A stretch of 64,000 nt of DNA from Eledone cirrhosa (lineage: Eukaryota), in NCBI GenBank assembly GCA_964016885.1, contig OZ024745.1, forward strand, positions 119,288,001 to 119,352,000. Reading direction: 5' to 3'. The translations under genes and the position numbers were made by a program. The notes below the pieces were generated by a model. The model was not told where the DNA came from. It saw nothing but the letters and a program-made list of their open reading frames with translations, and made no database searches. Below, piece after piece: positions 25,120 to 40,699 of the stretch (position 1 is the first letter of the stretch; each line of letters starts with the position of its first letter).

Positions 25120-27545
25120 CCGGAAAATGAACCTTACCTCGAGATCCAGTCCTTACCAGAACAGCACTGATACCCCACCTCCCATTCCCAGCCGACTAAC
25201 AGATGCGAAGATCTGAGAATCGTCGAAAATGGGAGCTAGTGCACGCGTGTCGGAAATCTTGATCTCGCTGATGGCAATCGCAACTATATCTAGCAACTTG
25301 AGGTCGTTGAGCAGGTGAACTTGCTCCCAGGACAACCCCAGGCCACGAACATTGATACACCCTACTCTTAGGATTGCGATGTTTGCAGGCAAAAGGTGAA
25401 AGAGGAAATGTTTACTTACCTTAGAGAGGCTTGTGGAGGTCGGGTGGTTCGACCTCCATGTTTGGTGGGGTTTCGTTTGGGAACCCATTTAACAGTTTTG
25501 AACTGGGTTTCATATTCGGAATTCCCACATCCGGATGGAAGCTCTCTCTAATCCCTTTGTAGTAAATGTTCTGGCACGCAAAATGTGCTCGTTCCAAATA
25601 TCTCCCTCTCTTTTTCTATTTCATGCCTTCGTCCTATCAGGGCCGTCAATTCCTTGTTGGCCCTTCTTACTAGCACGAAGTTGTGTCTTGTTTTGTTTTT
25701 GTGTTTGTTGTGGTTGATTGCGTTTGTGGTTTGTGTGTTGGTGATGTTGGTGTTGTTAGGGAAGTGTTTGATGTGTGTGCGGTGTCTGCATTTTCTGTTG
25801 CGTTTGTATGTGATGTGTGAATTTGTGTGTGATTTCTTTTTTGTTTTTGTTTTTTGGCTTTAGGTTTTGCCTCGTCTTCGCTACTGGAAATGAGATATCT
25901 GTGTCTCTAAGTGTGCCTGTGACTGTGTATGTGTTTGTGCTTGTGTCAATTACTTTTGCGCGGGGATGGGAGAGCTTGCCTAGTTTTCCCCCTGGGTGAC
26001 CAAAGTTGGTAGTGACGTTTGGTGGTGGCGTTTCTGATGGAGTTGCTACTAGTGTATTTTTCACTTGAGGGCAGAAGGCTCGCAAATGTGTTGTTTCGTT
26101 ACCCTAAGTTATTACATGCAGAACCGTCCCGTTTTGGAAACGGATGGGGTCCGCGATATTTTCAGATCTTCAGGCCTGATCTGGAGAAGTACCTCCAGGT
26201 CAACCCCAGACCTGTCCTCCCTGGCTGTTCACGTCACCTCGATCGAGACGGAATGTGTGCTCTCCACAATAAATCATACCAGGATCCACCACGTGATTAG
26301 TCCTGGAGGAATCCCGGGAACGCGGACGCTTACTGTTCTTTTCCAATGTGGGAGGGGTACATAATGACCTTGCTGGTTTTGCAAAGGGTCACCGAGTGTT
26401 TCATAGCAAAGGCTTCTGACTTAAACAGCAGCGAGATGGTGCCATATTGTCTGCCTCTCGCTATGTACTCCGGGTCATTGGAGATACACTTCAGCGCAGC
26501 TTCAATTTCGGGTTTATTTATGTCTGCACTGAAATGCATCTAAAATGCACCGTTCTATGCTCCACCGTTTCTGTACCATCTGCCGATACAGTTAAGTTGG
26601 CCTAGGTTTGGTCTTGTTTAATGAGCTTCCAGGCCTCGACTAACTTTTTATCTTTTTCACTAAGGCCCATGGTGAAGCATGGCCTCCATTTGGCTGCTGT
26701 CACCGCGAAAGTGTTCTTGTTGTCCGTGTTACTGTTACCGGTTCTGTTGCTTATCACATTGTTGTTGGTGATGATGTTGTTGTTGTTGGTGATGTTGTTG
26801 TTGGTGTTCTTGTTGGTGTTGTTGTTGTTGTTGATGTTGCTGTTGTTGGTGGTGTTGTTGTCACTGTTACAATTGATATTCTTCTTGATGCAGTGGTTGT
26901 CGTCCTTGCTGTTGTTATTATTGCAGTTGCAGTTATTGTTGTTGCAGTTGGTTTTGTTGTTGTTGGTGTTGTTGTTGGTGCTGTTGCTGGTGATGTTGTT
27001 GTCATTGTCACAGTTGGTATTGTTCTTGGTGTAGTTATTGTTTTCGTTGTCCACGTTGTTGTTCTTCTTGCTATTGTCATTATTGCAGTTGTTGTTGTTA
27101 TTCTTCTCACTTGTTTTCTCCCTGTTCTTGTTGTTATTGTTGCAATTGTTGTCATTATTCCGGGTTGTCACTCTTATTTAGTTCATGTTGTTGGTGCTGC
27201 TGTTGGCAATATTGTCTAATGTGGTCTTAGTGTTTATAATGGTTGTGGGAGAGGCGGTGTTACTTCGCTCGACGTTTAAGTTGCTGTCACTTGACAGGTG
27301 ACTTAACCGGAGGGGGCCATTCCGTCCATGTTTTATCAGACAAAACGTTTTTTTCTTTTAAATTAAATAAAGATCAAATATTTGGGCCTAAAGCGTAAAT
27401 ACTATGGAGTCTCTTCTTGAGGGCAAAGACTAAAGCCTTGTCCCCCTTTTTAAACAAGAAAATATTAACAACAAAAGGATTTAAACTCGTTCAAATAACA
27501 CTTACGGGAACTCACGATAGTACGTATTTTCGCTTCAAACACCAA
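25120..27545 (-). mobile_element. Tx1/L1-clade LINE 5' half: 5' UTR, disrupted ORF1 with Asn-rich N-terminus, start of the APE endonuclease
   Basis: ILRVGCINVRGL..AIAISE (APE motifs); knuckle remnant THLRAFCP; 5' region resembles 61390-61590. Confidence 0.8.
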
Positions 27546-27777
27546 TAATAATAAAACACAGCTTTGCACACACTCACATTTAAGAGGGACACTTTCAATT
27601 TCATTGAACCCTGTTTTTGATTGGCACGGATTTCTGTCGGCCCTGGATAAAGTGAAAGGTTATAGCCATACCCGATAAATTATATCCTGGTAAAATTTGA
27701 CGTTAATAACTACTACTACTGTCGCTATTACTGCTAATACTACTACTGCTGTTGCTGCAACAACGACGACGATACTA

Positions 27778-27814
<37 letters not shown>

Positions 27815-28475
27815 AACAACATTAATGGGATATGATATATTCTATATGGCAGGAGAAACAAATAAAAGCAATTAGAATGTAAAAGATGTATAAATGAAAT
27901 TGACAGTAATTGAAGCAGACAATCATAATCGGTTTGATTCTGCTATTTAGGCAGTCTTGAAAGCATAAGAATACCTGACATATAACATCTATTTATTGAA
28001 CGGACAGTTGTAACGCATATGAGATTTAACTAAAAGCATCATCCTTATGAAATTTCCTCAAGGCGAAATGGTTTCAGTTTTCACTCATCTACTGGGCTCT
28101 GACAATTTTTTTCCTTATTATTCGTTGAAATTTCAGATTTATTGTGATAGAAGAATATGAATTCGTAACATTTATGGGAGTTAACTCTCAGTGATTGAAC
28201 TAAAATTAGCGACCCCTAGTGATGATCAATCAATTAGTTAATCAATGATGATAACCGAGGGAGATTATAAATGATTTACGTAATCAAGAAACAATTTTAG
28301 ATTGCAATTCTTTGGTGGTCTTATTCGTGCCAGTTACCAATTTGGCAATTTTCTCACTTGCAACCCCCAGATCAGCTTCGCTTGATCTCAGTTGAAAACA
28401 GTTGAGTCTGATTTTACATTCTGCAAGACGACGGAAGATTCTGTCACCACGACTATTCCAGGAATACAGGAAAAA

Positions 28476-28687
28476 TAATGGTTTCTTACATAGGCACAAG
28501 GCCAGAAATTTTGGGGAAGTCGATTAAATCGACCCCAGTGCTTGACTGGTACTTTATTTTATCGACCCCGTAAGGATGAAAGGCAAAGTTAACCTCGGCG
28601 GGATTTGAACTCAGATCATAAAGGGTCGTAATCCTATACTGCATAGCATGGTGTCTGACTCTTTACCGATACTGCCAGTCCACCATC
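28476..28687 (-). mobile_element. tRNA-derived SINE family 1
   Basis: Family body and A/B boxes. Confidence 0.85.
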
Positions 28688-28717
28688 CTTACATGGGCAA
28701 ATAATAATAATTATTAT

Positions 28718-30570
28718 TTCTTTATTATTGGCCACAAGGGCCGAAAATAGAGGACAATACAAAGGCGGGCACAGTGGGTTTTTCATGCAATCGTGTACAA
28801 AAATTAATAAAAGCAATTTATAAAAAAATCAACAACAGAATTCCCCAATAGCGGGGGGGGGGGGGGATACCATCCAGGGGCTCGTTACGAACCCCACAAA
28901 TTCCAATTCACTCTCATCTCTAGCAACACCCCAGGAGGGCACCCTCTATCCTTCAATCTTTTCAGCCTACAGGCACATGTTCGGACGGGCCCATTCACAC
29001 GGGCCATCCTCGCAACAATCACTCACATTTTAATAAAATGTTCTGGGAGCAACATTTCTCTCCCCGTTCTCATCTTCCTTTCCAAGTTTCACATGGAAAG
29101 GTTGATGAGAGATTGGCCGAAGAGAAAAGTGTCTGTCTTCAGTCCTTTCAACCTGCTCCACTACGCAACCTCTTTCGCTACCGCCACAAAACAGAGTAAA
29201 ATTGCCTCTCGTTCCCTGACCCCCACCCCAAAAGCGGTGAGTCGATCTTTACTATAGACTCGGCCGATAGCCGGATTCATTCTACACGCGACAACTGCTG
29301 TTCGACATAAAATCACAAATCAGTAATGCACGGACACTGGACGAGTGCGTGCAGAACGGTTTCGTCGCTCTGCGCGAACATCTTTGGCAGGTCCGTCTGA
29401 CAGCACTTGCGTGCTGTAGAGTGTATCTGGAACCGACGTGCCCCCCCCCTCCGGTAGCACTACCAAGGGAGGGATTTCTGGAAGTTATCATCCCTAGCTC
29501 CAAGGTCCTCCGGAACAAACTGGTCAGTTCAACTTCGTCGACGCGCAGAGCATCTCTGAGTGGGTCGTGGCACTTTCCCACCACTAATCCTCGATAGAAC
29601 TCGAAAGTGGAAGTTCCACTGACGCCATTGCCCACCTGGTAGAGGGCAATGAGTACCTGGCAGAATTCTAGTTGTCTGGTCCCCAGTCTCGGTCTCTTCT
29701 TGACCCAGGATTGCAGCTCAGTCAAAGAGATGAGCTGCGGAAAGGTCCGCCTGACAAACGACGACCACACCTGTTCATCGTTTAGGCAGAATATCTGGAG
29801 ATGCCGCAACCTCAGCACATGTCTGCGCATCATTAGTCACGTCATGCCCAGCCCTCTACGTAGAGGGTGCTGGCAGCAGATGGAACGCCTCACCAGGGGA
29901 ATCCGCCACCCCAACAAGAAGCTGAAGAGCAGCCGTTTGGCGAGGATCTAACGGGAGCAAGGCACGACGATCAGGCGGTAGTCGATGACGGACGCGATGT
30001 CCGCGTTCACCACCTTCTTCGATCTTTCATAAACAGCTTCCTCTCGGCTCATTTCTGGATGAGAGTGGCTACCCTGTTCGTAAACTCGTCCCAAGTCTTA
30101 TCCACCTGGCGGTCTGGTCCGAACCAAATCCCGAGCGTCTTTACCGGTTCGTCCGTCCAGTACCCGACAACTCTTTTTGATGGCATGGACTTTCCTCTCC
30201 AGGTGCTGAGCTGCAAGCCCACCGACCTTTCCGGATTAAGTTTCGCTCCCATCAACCTTTCACATTCTTTCAGGAGGGTGCCGACTATCTCGATTATCGT
30301 GGTGTCTAATACCATCACGGTGATGTAGTCCATATAAGCCGACACAGCCTTTCCGCGTCCCGGTTCGAGCGGGATGCCCTGCAACAGCTTCAACTTCCTC
30401 AGTAGAAGCTCGAAGAGTACCCCTGAAGGACAGATCGGGCGATCTGAAACGATTCCGAAAGGTGCCCATTAACTTTGATAACTGAGCAGATGCCGTAGTG
30501 TATTGCAGCGATCCAACCTCAGAAGACGGGACCGAAGCCAGTTGCCTTGAGGACAGCCTCCAGGTATGTG
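28718..30570 (-). mobile_element. 5'-truncated decayed Tx1/L1-clade LINE
   Basis: VSAYMDYITV (YADD-derived) and GAKLNPERSVGLQL..KTLGIWFGP; same 3' end as the other copies. Confidence 0.85.
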
Positions 30571-31482
30571 TTGGTTGTAGTTGCAAGATGTTACAATTTA
30601 AAAAACCCCAGAAAAAACGACATATTTGAAAGCGTAAAGTTTGTATTCATTGTTCGAAAGCAATTAGGAAATTGTCTCTTCCTTCATATTTAGATATTAT
30701 TGGGTAGGTCAAAATACAACTCAATTACAGGGGTAGATTTTTTCTCTACACCTCTGGTTCACCTCCTCTCTATCCATCTGCCTCTCCTTCACTGGGAGAA
30801 ATCGGTTATGGTCAGGCTTAGAAGGAGATGGGCTCCGCCACATTTAAATTGTCCAAGAAATAATACACACACACACACACACATTTGGAAATAAACATGC
30901 AATGGTTCCATTTTAAAGCGCAGCGAATGATGAAATCGATTCAGTGACTATGATTTCTTGACCAACGCATTCCATCCACCCAGACATGATATTGCGAACA
31001 CTTTTCTCGTATTAGAAATAACACAGTTGCTTCTTCTAGTCTCAAACTTATCTCAATTCAACAAACGTTATAATGCGAGATTATTGATGGAGAAAATTGG
31101 TAACCAGCATGTCACAATGGACTATCTAGAGATGAGGGCCCAAGAAAGCAAAACTTTGGAACAGAATAAAACAGCAGTCATTTGCTTGCAAGGTACTGCT
31201 CCGTCTTTTCACCTCTACTATTTTGAAGTTGAATAAACAAACTTATTTGAAAACAATATTACTTAGTTTTCAGTTCGGCCTTTTAACAATTCGGCTAACA
31301 AAGATTCACAGATACGTGTTCCAAGTTGACCTTTAATATATCGCTTCCAACGAACTGGTAAATTTATTTAAAGTTTCATTTACCCATCTGAAGATCAAAT
31401 TTTATCTTTGAATCTCAAGTGAGCAAGTGAAAAAGAATGCAGATGAAACATAGACAGAAATAACAAGAAATTAGGCATAATA

Positions 31483-32540
<1,058 letters not shown>

Positions 32541-33081
32541 TGTAAAACGACAAATATTCGGGAAAGTTTCTGAAATAAACATAAGATGCCAAAATGATAA
32601 TTATAAATAACTGTAAATAAAAACAAACAGTAAAATTCTAATTAAGTTTATGGTTCGCTACTTCACATTGGTATAAGGAATAACTTCTGAAAATGTTAAA
32701 TATTTCAACTAACTATATTAGTTCTTAATTCTTGCCGTAGAAATATTTCTAATATTTAATATGCATACTTTCGCTCAATGTATTTTTTCGTTCTTCCGTT
32801 TTTCTACAATTATGTTCCTATACATTACACCCTCTTGTATTATATCTCATTACCCTTCTCTCTTTGTTTCTTTCTTTCCGTCTCTTCTTTCTTTCTCTCC
32901 ATTTATTTTCCCTGCTAATTTCTTTTCTTCCTACCATTCACTCTTTCGTTTATTTTTTTCATGTTTCTTTCTTTCTTTGTAGGTGTCAACGTTTGTATGT
33001 ATGAGAATATATATTACGTGCGTCTCTTTGCTATTTTTCCAGCAAATGTCATATATATACACATACACACACACACGCATT

Positions 33082-33999
<918 letters not shown>

Positions 34000-34009
34000 A
34001 TATACATCC

Positions 34010-34465
34010 GCATATACATACACATACGTACATGTGTATATACATATTTACACAATTTTGGATGGCCGAAAACGATAAATGGAAAAAATGAAACGAAATT
34101 TCGGTGCGCCCGGCCGATTAACTCACTCAATATGCAAATTAGACTGCTCAGCCGTCAATATGCATAAGTAAAGTATATACTTTCAGACGTTCAATCATCT
34201 TCAGGAAGGTATACGGTGCTGACGATAGCTAATAAGCTTGAAACTAGTACATCGTTCCTATGGCCGTGTTGAACAAAAGGGCAACAATGGTTGCTAAACA
34301 CTGTACGGCTTAATTCGGGATGTTTGTTTACAAACAAACCGAGCATTATAATAAATTTTCAGTAAATCCATACGTACATATATATATGTGTACATGTATG
34401 TATGTATATATATATACATACTACTGTACGTCTGTATACATATATGTATGTACGTATACACAAAT
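34010..34465 (+). mobile_element. Family B hammerhead-bearing short repeat with inverted 5' part
   Basis: 34105-34460 is colinear with 44960-45320; 34064-34102 is the reverse complement of 44922-44960. Confidence 0.75.
34213..34255 (+). ncRNA. Minimal type I hammerhead ribozyme motif, family B
   Basis: Stem I ACGGUG/CAUCGU; CUGACGA; stem II AGCU/AGCU; GAAA; palindromic stem III ACUAGU; GUA cleavage triplet. Confidence 0.8.
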
Positions 34466-34779
34466 GTGTGAGATCCTCTATATACAGTCACACATCACAA
34501 CACAACCTGATCTCAGTTTGACAAGAACGTTAACCAGGAATCTTTAAAAATATTTCCACCGAAGTTAACAAAGAACTTACTCGATCTACCAACTTATCAA
34601 CTTATAATATTATAAAATTAAATCAAATTATTTAGAAATACAAGTGATGTCATTCTTTTCCTTTTTTTCATATATATATATATATATATATAAAGTTATG
34701 AAACGAAAGGAGCTGTGTGGTTACTAAAAACAAGGTTTAGGATGGTGGTTAGGACTGAACAGGAGGAGAAAGGAAGAAA

Positions 34780-34869
<90 letters not shown>

Positions 34870-35079
34870 GACTGAATAGATGCGTACTTTATTTCAAACA
34901 TTACTTTACATTCTTTTCTTTTCTCACTTTCTATTTCTTCTTTTATTTCCCAATCTATTTCTGAAGAAGGACTTGCGTCCGAAAGTTAAAGACTATTTTC
35001 CTACTATATCAAGCATTACATTAAACTAATATATGTTTTCATTATACTATGCTTCTTACTTTGTTGCTTCCGTTTACCA

Positions 35080-35191
<112 letters not shown>

Positions 35192-35354
35192 ATATATATA
35201 TAAATATATGTACACAAACGCAAAATATGTTCATGGACGTTTGATAAACATATTTAGTATTTAAAATGTGGTTAAACTATATGGCTCTATCTCCAGGATG
35301 AACCAGAGAACAGATCAAGATATTTCAACTAATTATTGACTTCTTAACAAGAGT

Positions 35355-35480
35355 GTGAAGGCGCATGGCTGAGTGGTTAGAGAATTGGATTCTGAATCAT
35401 GAGGTTGTAATTTTCGATTCCCGGACCGGGCGATGCGTTATGTGCTTGAGCAAGACAATTTATTTCAGGTTACTCCTTCT
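35355..35480 (+). mobile_element. tRNA-derived CORE-like SINE (family 2); a second, minus-strand copy at ~35878-35990
   Basis: tggctgagtggttagag A box, ttcgattccc B box, tgtgcttgagcaagac motif. Confidence 0.7.
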
Positions 35481-36036
35481 GCCTGGATTTACGACCGACA
35501 GATAGTATTAGCAATTGGAAAGACCAATGGAAACATTGCTTCCTAGGTTGGATTTAACGAGCACCACCCCACTCATTAAGCGAATGTGGTCTGGCATCTT
35601 GTCGATCCATGTAACAAGAGTGTAAACATGTGTCCCTCCTACACGGGAGGAAGACATCTTTGAGCTACATATTAAAATGCTCATCTTACTAATTTCCATA
35701 AACTAAATTCACTGGCAGCGTGTATAATACAAAATAACTAAAACTTGCTCGGGAAACACGCAAGTGGTTGAGATTTCCACAAACACATGCATCCTTAACG
35801 TATTTCTCATGGAAATGTAGCAGAACAAAGTGTGTGGCAAGACTGACAACATGAATTGTAGTGAAAATATAATTTGTCCAGCTTACTAGACTGGAGCAAC
35901 AGGAAATAAAGTATCTTGTAGAAGAAGACAACGTGTCACCGGGAATGAAACTCACGACCTTGCGATCAAAAGACGAATATCTTAACAACTATTCCAAGAC
36001 ATCACGGTTTTAAAACACAGACACTCTCTTTTTCTA

Positions 36037-36120
<84 letters not shown>

Positions 36121-36177
36121 TTGATTGCTTGCCACAATAATTCTTCAGTAACACATCAAGCAATCACATTTGCAGTT

Positions 36178-36400
36178 TTCATGTGTAGAAAACGTCATAT
36201 TTTCATGTATAGAAAACGTCATATTACCATGTCTACAATATCATGTGTAGAAAACGTCATGTTTCCATGTCTACCATATCATGTATAGAAAACGTCATAT
36301 TTCCATGTCTACCATATCATGTGTAGAAAACGTCATATTTCCATGTCTACCATATCATGCGTAGAAAACGTCATATTTCCATGTCTACAATATCATGCGT
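36178..36400. repeat. 38-bp minisatellite (four copies plus shorter variants)
   Basis: Unit tcatgtgtagaaaacgtcatatttccatgtctaccata. Confidence 0.9.
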
Positions 36401-36549
36401 ATAAAATAAGGAAACAAGATATTGTTAAAAACGTCTTGGTATTTATGAATAAATGAATATATTTCTTTTATATGACCATTTATTGCATGGAAAATCAATT
36501 ATCTAAGAAATATAGTGTTGTGACGCTAAACTCCGCCAGTTGCAAACTG

Positions 36550-36760
36550 CGCAGCGACATGTGATATCTCTCTCCACAAAGTTCGATCACCAACAGCAGA
36601 GTTTAAAGAGCAAAGATCAAGTCCAGTTCATAAGTTGACATTGTCAAGCCATCGTGTAGGCTGCCGGTCTCTGCTTCTTTTACCAGCCAACCTTCCTTCC
36701 AGGCATAACCTACTCACACCACGAGTTGATCTTTTTATATGGCCGTATTGTTTGAGTACT
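36550..36760 (-). mobile_element. RTE-like LINE C-terminal fragment
   Basis: Minus strand LEGRLAGKRSRDRQPTRWLDNV. Confidence 0.55.
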
Positions 36761-38669
36761 ATTGACTTGAAATTGATATAATTGGTCTAAGTTTGGTAAT
36801 GTTGAGGAGCTCACTGATACAGATACGGTCGCCTAGCCGCTTGCCAGTTATAAGTCTCATGATGTGGGGTCCTGGAATGTAGAGGGCTTTGGTCTGAGCC
36901 TGGTAATGTTGAGCAGCTCACTGATACAGATAGTGTCGCTGTGCCGCTTGCCAGTCATAAGTCTCATATAGCAACTAGAAATTCTAAAACAAATATCAAT
37001 AAATATAATGACTGCAGGAAATCAACAATTCGGAGTCCTTGTTCAAAAATTTCAAACGATTGTAATAGAATGTTATATTCTTCAATAGGCATTGATTACT
37101 CCATCTAGTATCATTAATGTAAAACGACACATGTTCTATAAAGAGCCAATCAATCTTATAATGGTTGATATCATGCTTTAGACATATTTATGTAGTGAAA
37201 CAACGAAACCGATTTTTGTCTGAATGTGTCCACAATTTGCGCGAATCATTTGGAAAATGGTGGTTTGCTCAATTTTATATGGGGTTTTTTCTGTCATCTA
37301 GAAGGAAGAACTTAGTACTATAAACTAATGCTTTAGACCAGGTATGGGCAACCTTTTTCGAGAAGCGGGCCGCAAGGGATATGACTCATCATCAGGCTAG
37401 GCGCAAGTGCTAATTTACATTCGTACCCACATAAAAAGGGCAGTAACTCAGGTTGTTGCAACTACATAGATGAGGAAATAGAACTACTTATATTTATTAT
37501 TATGAAACTGTAACTCATCTTAACACACTTTTTATTAACTATTGTAAGATATCCCTGTTCTTGGTGGAAAATACTTATTTATAAAGTTTAGCAAAGACAT
37601 TGCATACACAGGAAGAACATAGCACGTATTACATATGTTTGAATATTATATATTTATGTCCACAATACACCCTATGTTTGAAGCAATTGAACTTTAAAGT
37701 GAGGCAGATTCAAAAGATTACTTCATAGACGATGATAAGCTGGATATGAACATATCTATGATGTCAATCGAGCGTTCAAGAATTATATGTGGCAGTACCA
37801 TTACTAGAGTCTCGCATTAGGTTTACTGAAGAAGCAGTACTTAAATCGAAAGTTCTATCTAAGAAATAAACTGTGTATAGATCTGTATGTATGATGATTT
37901 TTAAATCTAGCTTTTTAAATACGCTGATGAGTTTCCCCTTGTCATTATCGGTCATTAGTACTTCACAAAAGGAATTCGCCCACTCCCACGATGAACACTG
38001 AATTATAGGAAGCGGAATCTCGTCGGAAGTAGGCCTAAGCTGTTCTGTCCAATTAATTCACAAACGTAACCTCCATCGTTTGATCCCATGGTGACATCTA
38101 ATAATTTCTGACCATAACGTATAACCCACATTTAAACTTGGTTAACTAAAACTGAAGCATAGAAATGTCAATGACCGAACCACTAATTGAAGAAAAATCT
38201 ACCGAATTTCAAAAGCTTTTTGAAAAAGCGATTCAATTATTAACGAATAGAAGTCAACTTCATCGAAATGCATAAATTTACGAAGTTACTAATTATCTAT
38301 GTTAGTGACTTATTTGATGACATAAAAACTACTATTCCTCAACAGAAGAGAATTGATCTCTTTGATGTTGAAAATAATAGAACCTATCATAATTTTAATT
38401 ACTATCTACTCAGTTTTTCCCCGGATATTTTAACACTGAGTAGATAGTCAGTGGAGTTTAAAAGAGAATTATCAGTAATACTTTTATTTGTACTGTATGG
38501 TTAAAGAGTCACTTATTCGACGTTATCATTTGTTGTTAAGTTAATATTTCTTTTTTTTCTTCGGAATTAATACCATGGTACGTGCTAGTGTTAGTTTCTT
38601 AGATGTGTTTGCACAGCTGTAGGAAAGAGATGTCTATATGTGCGGACGGAGTATATATTTTCTTTATTA

Positions 38670-39161
38670 AAGCTAAGCATGTGGTTAAAATGTCTCAGTA
38701 AATAATCGAAGGACAAACTTTACGGGCGAAACAAACCGGTAGGAGACCCAGGAGTAGACCTTGAGTAACATAGTTGGATAACATCCATGAGCTTGGATAG
38801 TCACGCTTGGGGTTCCAGCCGGATCAGTTGGAGACGGGTGCTTCTGATAGGACCTGCTGGAAAGAGTGTTTGAGGACTATGCACCTCTCATGTGAGCGTA
38901 GAAGAAGAAGAAGAAGAAGAAGAAGAAGAAGAAGAAGAAGAAGAAGAAGAAGAAGAAAAAGACGAAGAAGAAGAAGAAGAAGAAGACGAAGAAGAAGAAG
39001 AAGAAAACGAAGAAGAAGAAGAAGAAGAAGAAGACGAAGAAGAAGAAGAAGAAGAAGACGAAGAAGAAGAAGAAGAAGAAGAAGAAGAAGACGAAGAAGA
39101 AGAAGAAGACGAAGAAGAAGAAGAAGAAGAAGAAGAAGAAGAAGAAGAAGAAGAAGAAGAA
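38670..39161 (+). mobile_element. RTE 3' end (family of 1-915) with an expanded (GAA)n tail at 38900-39161
   Basis: gcttggggttccagccggatcagttggag matches 796-823. Confidence 0.75.
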
Positions 39162-40193
39162 AGCTGTCTTCAAAATTGTTGGATAACTGTTATAAAACTT
39201 ACCTTCTTCATCATGTTCAGAAGGTTAAACTCAAAGAGTTCGATTATTTCGGCCTGTTAAAACCATTTATGACATCAGAAGCTTAACTAGTTTTTCTCCT
39301 GGTTGTATCCGAATTCCCAGCTCATGTTTATCTTAATTAAATATTTTAGTTTTAATTGGACACTTAGTATACTTTTTATCTTGTATATTATCAGTAAACA
39401 ATTCCACAAGCTGATACTCTATTTTTATTTTCAAATATTGAAGCTTTGCCTATGGACAGTATTCAACAAATTAAAGAGCTATATATGGATATTAGTACTT
39501 ACTAACGTGGAAGCGTCACTTAATACATAAAGTAAAGCAAGCAGAACGTATTACAATCTATAGCTTAATTAATCGCAGCTGTGTGTCTGTCTCTCTCTGT
39601 CTCTGTGTGAGTGTGTGTGTGTGAATGTATGTGTGTGTGAGTGTGTGTGTGTGTGTGTGCACATATATGTAACGATTTGAGTGTTAAAAATGCAGTTCTG
39701 GTAATTTTGTAAATTTGAGATTCCATACTGATTACACAGTTTGTTTAATGATAAAGTAAACAGTTTCTACCAACCCAATGTAATGGAGAAAATCAACCTC
39801 TTCATTCGTCAACAATTTTGTGGACTTTAAAATATCCACAAGAGGAAAATAGCCCCTGTTGAGGATGAACAACATTGTTTATTAAGACACTGCCCCCTAA
39901 GGATCTTATAAACAGTTGTAGAAAGCTGGTCCTGTTAAGAACATTAAATGAGAGAAGGCGGCAGATTATTAAGATGACTACATATAGAAATACAATTACG
40001 TTTTTTGACAACCGAAATTTGTATACTTAAAAATGAAGAGTTAACGAAAATAAGACTATCACAAAAGAGCTGATGACTTAAATATTTTGGTACTGAATGT
40101 GGATCGTATGTGCGAATATATCTGCCTATGTATTGTTTCGCTGCTTCCCAGTTTCAACCGCTAGGGTGATCAGTAATTTTACACACACAAACA

Positions 40194-40224
<31 letters not shown>

Positions 40225-40385
40225 TGAAAGGATAACAAGGATAATTGGTTACTCCTTCATTACATTTATTGGTAGGTGACGCGTGTTTCGCCACTCTGTA
40301 TAGCTCTACACCTCAACACAGAAGTGAACCCAAACATCGAGTGCTCACCCGGGTGAACCTGCAGTAACTCCAAGTTACACTCCCT

Positions 40386-40465
<80 letters not shown>

Positions 40466-40699
40466 ATGATATTAGTAAATGGAAACTATATTTATAAAAC
40501 CATATTTATTTTATTATATATATTTCAAGGGTACCAACATTTTGGTACGCCTTCATCAGATAAAATACAAAATTTGTTTTATAAATGGTGACATACCCAA
40601 GAAACCAGACCTTATCGGTTCAGGTTCAGTTTGGATAGTGAAAGACAAATTTCAAATCTTTAGGATTAATATGTAAATGAGGTTGAAACGTAAGGCTGA

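Noticed and set aside
26602-27219. Asn-rich ORF or hydrophobic membrane-protein ORF as a host gene
   Set aside because: Low-complexity part of the Tx1 ORF1 and its antisense frames.
35355-35435. tRNA gene
   Set aside because: A and B boxes are present but there is no cloverleaf, and it continues into a SINE body.
37339-37375. hAT-like TIR caggtatgggcaacc
   Set aside because: No matching second end found.
38807-39286. Poly-Arg, poly-Glu and poly-Phe ORFs
   Set aside because: (GAA)n tail of an RTE element.
39796-39935. Possible host exon on the minus strand (also 28284-28440 and 37700-38420)
   Set aside because: Weak splice signals, stops in most frames and no recognisable protein; RNA-seq would be needed.
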